Counted from the stretch's first letter, positions 1-6,528 are shown. The stretch: DNA of 64,000 nucleotides from an uncultured Chthonomonadaceae bacterium (GCA_963817895.1 CAWFQB010000004.1:224001-288000); one strand, 5' to 3'. Numbers and translations: made by a program. The notes: generated by a model from the letters alone, not told the origin.

Positions 1-624
1 GCCAATGCTCCCGGCAGCAACCGTGTTCTTGTACAGGGGACAGATATCAGCGGATTTGATGCACCTGTCGCCAGCATCAATACGTTCTACAATACGCTTC
101 CCGGTGTGACCTCTACCATCCAAGCCGGACCTGTAACCGCGGCTTCGTTAAGCGGCGTCAATCTGTTCGTTAGCGCCATTCCCGCCACCGCCTTTACACC
201 CGCTGAAATCACCGCACTGTCCAACTTCTCCACAGGAGGCGGCTCCATTTTCCTGTTGGGTGACGGAGCAAACTTTGCCCCTGTGCCGGATGCGAACCTC
301 AATGCTTTATTGGTAGGCCTGGGCAGTTCCCTGCTCATTGTTCCTGATAATCTTGACCCGGGTTTCCAAACGGTTGGCGGATCGCAGATTGCGGCGGGCA
401 ACCCCTTGACGGCAGGCGTTACCTCCTTCACCTATACCTTCGTTTCACAGGTGTCTGGAGGCACTTCTCTGTTCACAGCATCGGGGGGGCAGACATACAT
501 CGCCGCCACAGGCATACGCCCAACTGCCGTTCCCGAACCCGGCTCTATCGCCCTCCTCACCGGCCTGAGTCTCACCGGAGCCGCCTTCCTGCGCCGTCGC
601 AAACACGCTCACGAAGCCGCCTAA
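1..624 (+). CDS. PEP-CTERM sorting-domain surface protein (5'-partial)
   Basis: Frame of ORF 106..624 is open back to base 1; C-terminus VPEPGSIALLTGLSLTGAAFLRRRK is a PEP motif + TM helix + basic tail. Confidence 0.9.
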   Translation, partial: ANAPGSNRVLVQGTDISGFDAPVASINTFYNTLPGVTSTIQAGPVTAASLSGVNLFVSAIPATAFTPAEITALSNFSTGGGSIFLLGDGANFAPVPDANLNALLVGLGSSLLIVPDNLDPGFQTVGGSQIAAGNPLTAGVTSFTYTFVSQVSGGTSLFTASGGQTYIAATGIRPTAVPEPGSIALLTGLSLTGAAFLRRRKHAHEAA

Positions 625-815
625 ACGCCCCGCATAGTGAAGCCAAAAGCGTACACAGTCATACAGCCACAGGAACCGCGAACGTGCGGCCTGTGGCTGT
701 TGTGCGTTGCAGTCTCCCCATTTGGAGAAACTTACCTGCAATGTCTCCTACCTGACGACAGAAGCGGCCTGTTCGCGAACAAGGAACAGGCCGCTGTCAC
801 CATCGGATACGCGCA

Positions 816-1367
816 TCACGGCTCAACAGGCATATCTTTCCATTCGCTTACCACACCGCTTCTGAAAGTGACCGACTTTCGCCCGTATTCCGCATAGTCC
901 CATTGCTCCGTATAGGTAAAATCGTGTACGGTTTGCGGTTTGCCAAACACGCGCCGTACTTTCTCCATTGCGTCGCCCCGGTGAACAACTTCCTCAGACG
1001 CGGGTTGCGCTGCTGGTTCCTTTTCCGCGCTCCTGCTCACTTTGCTTGCGGACGGCGCGGGCGCTTCGATACGCTGATAGATGATTTTCGGCTTGACGTT
1101 CTTTACAGCTTCAATGTCCTGTGCCAGTTGCTTGTTGTCTTCTTCCAGCGCGGCTATGCGGGCATTGGCGGCGTCCAGTTCGCCTCTCTGCTGTTCAAGG
1201 GCTTGCAATCGGGTTTCCAGCGCGGTGATCCGGTTACGTTCGGCAGGCGATTGTTCCGGGAAAACCTGACCGAAGCGCAATGTCACAAAGCGAGAACCGA
1301 ACATGATGAGAACGAAACTGAAGGAACATAGAAGGATGTAGCGGCCTAACTTACTGTCAAGTTTCAT
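816..1367 (-). CDS. Hypothetical membrane-anchored coiled-coil protein with small C-terminal SmpA/BamE-like domain
   Basis: N-terminal hydrophobic helix, heptad-rich middle, C-terminal 'VRRVFGKPQ...EQWDY...VTFRSGVV' pattern. Confidence 0.6.
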   Translation of the reverse strand: MKLDSKLGRYILLCSFSFVLIMFGSRFVTLRFGQVFPEQSPAERNRITALETRLQALEQQRGELDAANARIAALEEDNKQLAQDIEAVKNVKPKIIYQRIEAPAPSASKVSRSAEKEPAAQPASEEVVHRGDAMEKVRRVFGKPQTVHDFTYTEQWDYAEYGRKSVTFRSGVVSEWKDMPVEP

Positions 1368-1514
1368 GGTTTGCCTCGTGTGTCAAAAGTGAGAAGGAGC
1401 AAACATACGACAGAAGCAACAAAACGCCTCTATCGAGCAGGGAATTGAATCACTGTACCCGATGAAGGCGTAAATTTCGCAGTATACTGTCTCCATTGGC
1501 AGGGCCGGCGCATC

Positions 1515-2681
1515 TTAACTGACGAGAACTTGCTCTAAATAGGCGTTGTCCCATCCGGCTTTCTTCTGCCGGGCCTTGATGCCGCGCTCACAGGTCTTCT
1601 CCTGCCGGATCAGGTTGAGCGCGATGTGGCGCAGAACGGCCATGTTCTCGGCTCCATGCTCTTTGCGGATGCGGCAGGCGTCTTCGTTGAGGCTGACATC
1701 CAGGACATAGTGTAAGCGGTTCTCAATGCCCCAGTGTTGCCGCACCGCTTTGAGAACTTTGCGGGCCTCATGAGGGACACTGCTAATGAAGTAACGCGCT
1801 TCCTCGCTGGTGGTGTCGCCGATGTGGCGGGTGCAGGTGACACGCGCCAGACTGCGCAAGCCTTTCCAGTGCTGCTGCGCGTCGCCCCAACAAAGATCGT
1901 CAAGATCAAGGGTGAGCAGGTCACACCGTCGTATGTCTACACGCCCGTGTCCGCGCCCGCTCGTGGTATGGCAACTATGATTGCAGTCGCGCCAGTGCTT
2001 TTCTTCGGCATAGGCGAAGCGGGCTTGTATATCCTGATGTAGATGAGGCTGATTGTCCTTGACCGCAATCACGTAGTCGCCTCCCTGTTGGACAATCTGC
2101 GCGACCGTTTCGGTCTGGCAGCTCATCGCGACCGTTTCGGTCTGGCAGCTCATCGCGTCCGTGGTGACGATGCAGCCCTTGATGTCGAGCAGATGCAGCA
2201 GGGCGGGAACCATGGGGATTTCGTTGGTTTTCTCTTCAATCTTGAGTTGCCCCAACACCAGACGCGCGCTTGCCGCCCAGGCGCTGACCATGTACATGGC
2301 TTTTTGCCCACACGCCAGATCAAAGCTGTGGCGCAACGCCTTGCCGTCGAGGGCAATGGTCTCGCCTTCGGTAAACTGATGCAGCGTTTGCGTCCACAGC
2401 CGAAAACACGCTTGCAAGGCCGTTGGCTCCAGGCGGGCAAAGACCCGCCGAAACGTGTCTGCCGAGGGGATGCCGTTGGGCAACGCCAGACGTTCTTGCA
2501 GCCACGCTTGCTTGGCAGTCCCAAAAGCGGCCATGTCGTCCCACCCTTCCGCGCCGCACAGCACGGCGCAGATGGCAATCACCAGAATGTCCATTAAGGA
2601 ATGCAGGCGGGTACGTTCCACGCGCGGATCGGGCAAGTCCGACAGGCACTCCACGAGCGTAGGAAAAGCAGACACAGACAT
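1515..2681 (-). CDS. ISAs1-family DDE transposase
   Basis: Motifs DPRVERTRLH, GIPSADTF, IALDGK, DYVIAVKDNQ, RQHWGIENRLHYVLDV. Confidence 0.95.
   Translation of the reverse strand: MSVSAFPTLVECLSDLPDPRVERTRLHSLMDILVIAICAVLCGAEGWDDMAAFGTAKQAWLQERLALPNGIPSADTFRRVFARLEPTALQACFRLWTQTLHQFTEGETIALDGKALRHSFDLACGQKAMYMVSAWAASARLVLGQLKIEEKTNEIPMVPALLHLLDIKGCIVTTDAMSCQTETVAMSCQTETVAQIVQQGGDYVIAVKDNQPHLHQDIQARFAYAEEKHWRDCNHSCHTTSGRGHGRVDIRRCDLLTLDLDDLCWGDAQQHWKGLRSLARVTCTRHIGDTTSEEARYFISSVPHEARKVLKAVRQHWGIENRLHYVLDVSLNEDACRIRKEHGAENMAVLRHIALNLIRQEKTCERGIKARQKKAGWDNAYLEQVLVS
2101..2154. repeat. 27-bp tandem duplication inside the transposase (AMSCQTETV x2)
   Basis: GCGACCGTTTCGGTCTGGCAGCTCATC occurs twice in direct succession. 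Confidence 0.95.
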
Positions 2682-2742
2682 CAGGCAGGCTCCTCAAAGA
2701 TGAATGGGGTGCCATTCACCATTGGCGAGACGAGTTCCTGTC

Positions 2743-3789
2743 TCAAACTATTTTAGATGCGCCGGCCCTGCGGCTGATCCGCCTTGATTTCGGGCGCGTG
2801 GGTTGGTCCGGGAAATGCAGGTTTTCGCGTCTGTCGGCTTTGCGCATGGGTTCATCGGGCGGCGTCTGGTTCCGTAGAACGGTCAATTCGCTGATGTTGC
2901 GCAGTTGTTCCTCGGACGAATGGCAGTAGATCGCGGTGACAGTCAGGCTGCTGTGTCCCAAGAACGCCTGCACATCCCTGATGTTCGCGCCGCTCCGTAG
3001 CAGGTCGGTGGCCCGCCAGTGACGTATCGAATGGGGTTTGATGTTGTCATGTCCCGCAAGTCCCGCTTGATGTTTTACGTCTTCCACGAGCATCTGCAAA
3101 CTTGTGTGTCCCAAGCGGCGGTTCACATCATACGTGAACAGATAGGGATGCTTGCAGTTGTTGGGACGCAGGGCAAGCCATTCTTTCAGCGCGGCAATGG
3201 CTTCCTCGGGCAGGTAGATTTTCCTTGACTTGCCGCCTTTGCCACTGCGTACCAGCAAGCTGCCCTTGCTCTTACCGTTCTTCGGATCGGGAAGCGTCAC
3301 ATCGTCCAGATGCAGATCGCACAGTTCCGAACGGCGCAAACCGCCATAAACCAGAACGCACAAGACAGCGCGACACAGCGCGACGCGGCGCGGACTGCGA
3401 TTGCGGCGGCAGGCATCGAGAAGAAGCGCGATTTCTTCATCGGTAATCGTCTTGCGAATGGCGGCGTCTTTCTTTGGAAGGGTGACAGTCTTTGCCGGGT
3501 TGTCGGCGATGACACCGTTGCGGATAAGGAATTCTCCCAAGCCTTTCAGCGGGTGAAAGTAACTTCGGATGCTGCGCGGGCGCAATCCCTTGCCGCTCAA
3601 GTAGTAGAGGAAGCGGCGGCAAACGGGCGGGTTGAAGTCGCTTAATGTCGGTTCCGGGTAGCCGTTTTCCGTCAGCCAGGTGTGGAAGTGGCGTAACTGC
3701 GCCCCGTAGCCTTTCTGCGTGGTCGCCGCTGCGCCTTGTTCGACGCGCAGGGCTTGCAGGTAGTCGTGAATGAGAGTGTCCAGTTGCAT
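2743..3789 (-). CDS. Tyrosine recombinase/integrase (XerC/D-like); native stop replaced by IS sequence
   Basis: Catalytic set GLRRSEL, GKGGK, HSIRH, LGHSS, TAIY; last residues (RAGASKIV*) are read from the IS end. Confidence 0.92.
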   Translation of the reverse strand: MQLDTLIHDYLQALRVEQGAAATTQKGYGAQLRHFHTWLTENGYPEPTLSDFNPPVCRRFLYYLSGKGLRPRSIRSYFHPLKGLGEFLIRNGVIADNPAKTVTLPKKDAAIRKTITDEEIALLLDACRRNRSPRRVALCRAVLCVLVYGGLRRSELCDLHLDDVTLPDPKNGKSKGSLLVRSGKGGKSRKIYLPEEAIAALKEWLALRPNNCKHPYLFTYDVNRRLGHTSLQMLVEDVKHQAGLAGHDNIKPHSIRHWRATDLLRSGANIRDVQAFLGHSSLTVTAIYCHSSEEQLRNISELTVLRNQTPPDEPMRKADRRENLHFPDQPTRPKSRRISRRAGASKIV

Positions 3790-3905
3790 GTTGGGCTGCC
3801 TTTCAGAGTGCTTAAAGACAGCGACATAGCGGGGTAGAGCGGTGACTTAAACCCGCAACGCGCACAGGTAGGACAAAGTCCTGTACCTATGCGCCATGCT
3901 CAAAA

Positions 3906-3977
3906 TGCCGCAGGTCCGAGTTGAACGGACAACGTCCACGTTTTCAGCATGGCGCTCTACCACTGAGCTACTGCGGC
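3906..3977 (-). tRNA. tRNA-Phe(GAA)
   Basis: Cloverleaf; anticodon loop CTGAAAA; no encoded CCA. Confidence 0.92.
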
Positions 3978-4025
3978 GTACCTACCTGTTTCCTAAAATC
4001 TTAGAACCCTAACACCCTAACCCCA

Positions 4026-4096
4026 TGCGCCCGGAAAGAATCGAACTTTCGTCGCGCGGTTATCAGCCGCGTGCTTTCCCATTAAGCTACGAGCGC
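4026..4096 (-). tRNA. tRNA-Ile(GAU)
   Basis: Anticodon arm CGCGG-CTGATAA-CCGCG; T-loop TTCGATT. Confidence 0.9.
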
Positions 4097-4100
4097 AAAA

Positions 4101-4172
4101 CTCCCCCGGCTGGATTCGAACCAGCAACCGTTCGGTTAACAGCCGAATGCTCTACCATTGAGCCACAGAGGA
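4101..4172 (-). tRNA. tRNA-Asn(GUU)
   Basis: Anticodon arm TTCGG-CTGTTAA-CCGAA; G73. Confidence 0.93.
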
Positions 4173-4192
4173 TCAGAAACGGAAACGCAATT

Positions 4193-4266
4193 ACCTCACC
4201 CCGGGCGTCCACCCGAAGGGAAGGACACCCCTCTCCTTGCCGCTCCTTCGTCACCAAAAGAGGGGC
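4193..4266. repeat. REP-like palindromic repeat, family A variant
   Basis: ACCTCACCCCGGGCGTCCAC...CCCCTCTCCTTGCCGC...GAGGGG; reverse-complement match at ~45203-45270. Confidence 0.75.
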
Positions 4267-4274
4267 TTTTTGTA

Positions 4275-4345
4275 TCCTCATTCCCGTGTTTGAATCGGGT
4301 TCAACCCCTTATAAGGAGGCCGCTCTACCCATGAGCTAAACGAGG
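4275..4345 (-). tRNA. tRNA-Ile(UAU), atypical T-stem (A53-A61 mismatch)
   Basis: Acceptor CCTCGTT/AATGAGG, D-stem GCTC/GAGC, anticodon loop CTTATAA, T-loop TTCAAAC. Confidence 0.75.
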
Positions 4346-4400
4346 CGCTCAATTCCTACGAACAACCAAACTGTCACAACGCACATTTACCAACATATCA

Positions 4401-4473
4401 GGCGAGAGACGGGATTCGAACCCGCGACCTTTTCGATGGCAACGAAACGCGCTTCCAATTGCGCCACTCTCGC
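4401..4473 (-). tRNA. tRNA-Gly(GCC), discriminator C
   Basis: Anticodon arm TTTCG-TTGCCAT-CGAAA. Confidence 0.9.
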
Positions 4474-4571
4474 ATATTGCAGGGAGTAGGGGATAGGCAG
4501 TAGGGAGTAGACCTGTACTGTAATATCCTGTCTTTCCTATTCACCACTCCCCACTCTCTACTCCCTACCCA

Positions 4572-4644
4572 TGCCCCCGGCAGGAATCGAACCTGCTGTC
4601 TTCACGTCCGAAGCGTGACGCCGTTTCCAGTTGACTTCAGAGGC
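4572..4644 (-). tRNA. tRNA-Arg(UCG)
   Basis: Anticodon arm TCACG-CTTCGGA-CGTGA. Confidence 0.87.
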
Positions 4645-4665
4645 ACATTCAACCACAACAACCAG

Positions 4666-4739
4666 TGCGCAAGGCAGGATTTGAACCCGCAGCCGTTTCT
4701 TTGTAAGAGAGCCGCTCCACCGGATTGAGCTACTCGCGC
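4666..4739 (-). tRNA. tRNA-Val(UAC), two mismatches in the anticodon stem
   Basis: Anticodon arm GCTCT-CTTACAA-AGAAA; acceptor and T arms intact. Confidence 0.8.
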
Positions 4740-4795
4740 TTATTGAGTGAGAGTGAGAGAAAATGCGGCTTGTTCTCTCACTCTTCACTTTTCTA

Positions 4796-4867
4796 TACGG
4801 AGGACGGGAGTCGAACCCGCGTTTTGTCCTTGAAAGAGACGCCTCCTGACCGTTAGAGGACCCCCGC
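4796..4867 (-). tRNA. tRNA-Glu(UUC)
   Basis: Glu-type D-arm TCCTCTAACGGTCAGGAG; loop CTTTCAA. Confidence 0.85.
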
Positions 4868-4885
4868 GCAGCACACAACAAATTA

Positions 4886-4956
4886 TCGGGGTAACAGGAA
4901 TCGAACCTGTGACAGATAGGCCCAAGCTATCCGTTATACCATTTCACTACACCCCG
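4886..4956 (-). tRNA. tRNA-Pro(UGG)
   Basis: 5' CGGGGTG; anticodon arm GATAG-CTTGGGC-CTATC. Confidence 0.88.
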
Positions 4957-4967
4957 TTTTGCGCCCA

Positions 4968-5039
4968 GGCCGACGAGCGGATTTGAACCGCTGACCTGCT
5001 GTTTACGAAACAGCTGCTCTACCTCTGAGCTAAGTCGGC
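4968..5039 (-). tRNA. tRNA-Thr(CGU)
   Basis: Anticodon arm GCTGT-TTCGTAA-ACAGC. Confidence 0.9.
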
Positions 5040-5069
5040 GCTTGAAGAGAGTTTACAGATGATAGTTGA

Positions 5070-5244
5070 TTCACTATCGGACACATTCTTGCCAGGGGTT
5101 GAAAACCCCTGTCTACATGGCCTGCGGCCAAGCGTCCTTCGGACGCAAATGCTTGTTTACAAATTCTCGCGTCCGAAGGACGCTTGGCCGTAGGCCACTC
5201 AGACGGGTATTTTCAATGCCCGGTAAAATGTGTCCAGTAGTGAA
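5070..5244. repeat. ~175-bp nested palindromic element (family B, MITE/REP-like) within the tRNA array
   Basis: Imperfect terminal IRs (TTCACTA.CGGACACATT...GCCAGGGGTTGAAAACCCCTGTCT / AGACGGGTATTTTCAATGCCCGG...TGTGTCCAGTAGTGAA); internal GCGTCCTTCGGACGC hairpins; relatives at ~34423-34493 and ~52301-52425. Confidence 0.8.
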
Positions 5245-5301
5245 ATAGTTGATAAACACGCGCCTTTCCTATCAACTAATAACCATCAACTTCTTAGCGG
5301 A

Positions 5302-5375
5302 TGCCAATCGGGGGATTCGAACCCCCAACACGTTAGTTCTGAACCAACGGCCTCTACCAGTTGGGCTAGATCGGC
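5302..5375 (-). tRNA. tRNA-Leu(CAG) with short (5-nt) variable loop
   Basis: Anticodon arm GTTGG-TTCAGAA-CTAAC, variable GTGTT, A73. Confidence 0.85.
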
Positions 5376-5404
5376 GTCTTCCCTCCTCTTTTCCGTTTAT
5401 CAAA

Positions 5405-5476
5405 CAGGGGCGGCAGGATTCGAACCCGCAACAGATGGTTTTGGAAACCATGGCTCTACCGTTGAACTACACCCCT
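5405..5476 (-). tRNA. tRNA-Trp(CCA)
   Basis: Anticodon arm ATGGT-TTCCAAA-ACCAT; G73. Confidence 0.93.
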
Positions 5477-5585
5477 TCGTCGGTATTCGGTGTTCGGTAT
5501 TCGGAACTACAGGACAGGAGCTTTATAGTGCATAGAAGGCTTTTGACTGAATACCGAATACCGAACACCGAATACCGTTTCTGCA

Positions 5586-5658
5586 TGGAAGCGAGAGGAT
5601 TCGAACCTCCAACTCTTTGCTTAAAAGGCAAATACTCTGACCGTTGAGTTACGCTTCC
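5586..5658 (-). tRNA. tRNA-Lys(UUU)
   Basis: Anticodon arm TTTGC-CTTTTAA-GCAAA. Confidence 0.93.
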
Positions 5659-5743
5659 GAAGAAGTTGAGAGTTGATAGTCCATAGTTGATAGTAAAATT
5701 CTCCGACTATCAACTATCAACTACAAACTATCAACTCTCCCCA

Positions 5744-5816
5744 AGCGCCGGGTCGGAGTTGAACCGACACAATACGGCTTTGCAGACCGCTCCCTTAACC
5801 GTTCGGGCACCGACGC
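5744..5816 (-). tRNA. tRNA-Cys(GCA)
   Basis: Anticodon loop CTGCAAA; U73. Confidence 0.9.
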
Positions 5817-5836
5817 GAAACAAACACAAACTTGTA

Positions 5837-5855
5837 TATGCAGTTATCAAGGTAC
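5837..5855 (-). promoter_or_regulatory. rrn-type boxA-like antitermination element
   Basis: GTACCTTGATAACTGCATA resembles the GAACCTTGAAAACTGCATA-type boxA of rRNA operon spacers. Confidence 0.6.
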
Positions 5856-5859
5856 AAAA

Positions 5860-5933
5860 TGGGGATGGGAGGACTCGAACCTCCGGCCTTCACCTTCGCA
5901 GAGTGACGCGCTAATCCACTGCGCCACATCCCC
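5860..5933 (-). tRNA. tRNA-Arg(GCG)
   Basis: Anticodon arm TCACT-CTGCGAA-GGTGA; D-loop has A20 (Arg identity); no G3:U70. Confidence 0.87.
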
Positions 5934-5971
5934 AAACTCTCACTCTCCACTCTCACTCTTCACTTCTCAAA

Positions 5972-6043
5972 CGCGCTCGACGAGAGTTGAACTCGCTTCT
6001 TCTGCTCGACAGGCAGGCATGTTGACCGGTACACCACAAGCGC
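5972..6043 (-). tRNA. tRNA-Asp(GUC), first gene of the array
   Basis: Anticodon loop CTGTCGA; G73; acceptor GCGCTTG/CGAGCGC. Confidence 0.87.
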
Positions 6044-6142
6044 AGGAGAGGCATCAGGCATTAATATTAGGTAGTAGCTAAAAGCCACAAGACACGAGAG
6101 ACAAGTTGAAAACCCAACACCGAACAAACGAGCAATTCAGCC

Positions 6143-6182
6143 AAAAAAAGCCCACTGTGCCTTTGGAGTTGGGACAGTGGGC
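6143..6182 (-). terminator. Intrinsic terminator upstream of the tRNA array (attenuator)
   Basis: GCCCACTGT...ACAGTGGGC 9-bp stem followed by T7 on the minus strand. Confidence 0.88.
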
Positions 6183-6210
6183 GAAGAATTCGCGCTGGTT
6201 GAGGAAACGG

Positions 6211-6390
6211 TTAAGCGTCTCCTCCTGTCCCAACAAGGCATTTGCAATTATTGCCACAACCGCGCAGGCCAATACTATCCATCAGGCGCGGGCAGGCAAG
6301 ACGTATCTCATCGTTACAACTCGGAATCGCGAGCTGCGTTTGCCATTTGCGTCTGCGGCCTGTCTGCGGTTGTCGGTTGGTTTCAAACAT
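6211..6390 (-). CDS. Putative 59-aa attenuation leader peptide MFETNRQPQTGRRRKWQTQLAIPSCNDEIRLACPRLMDSIGLRGCGNNCKCLVGTGGDA
   Basis: ATG at 6390 to TAA at 6211 (read manually); codons 51-56 are complementary to the terminator 5' arm and loop; stop codon lies in the loop of a 9-bp hairpin. Confidence 0.7.
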   Translation of the reverse strand: MFETNRQPQTGRRRKWQTQLAIPSCNDEIRLACPRLMDSIGLRGCGNNCKCLVGTGGDA

Positions 6391-6528
6391 TGTGTGCTTG
6401 CCTGATCCTCAAAATTGCGTTTGTTTGGCGCGGTTCGTTTTGTATTTTCCGTTTCCGCGTCCTTCACACCTATTGATTGGATTGCGCGGAGATTAGTTGC
6501 ACCCTCTTGAAAAGAAATTTTGAGCCAC

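Larger units (their letters stand above)
1500..2770 (-). mobile_element. ISAs1-family insertion sequence
   Basis: Perfect 16-bp terminal inverted repeats CAGGGCCGGCGCATCT (1500-1515) and AGATGCGCCGGCCCTG (2755-2770) enclose the transposase; no target duplication visible. Confidence 0.92.

Noticed and set aside
4796..4867. Possible UCA (opal suppressor/Sec) tRNA
   Set aside because: The correct stem register gives loop CTTTCAA (anticodon UUC) with a Glu-type D-arm
4025..5914. ORF-track proteins overlapping the tRNA array
   Set aside because: Spurious translations of tRNA genes and repeats
5860..5933. tRNA-Ala (GGGG-starting acceptor)
   Set aside because: No G3:U70 pair; the GCG anticodon and A20 indicate Arg
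6143..6470. T-box riboswitch as the regulator of the array
   Set aside because: No recognisable T-box (GGTGGNACC) antiterminator motif; the pairing strand lies inside an ORF instead
6470..6505. ECF-type promoter (TGCAAC...) upstream of the leader ORF
   Set aside because: The match is too weak to call without transcription-start data
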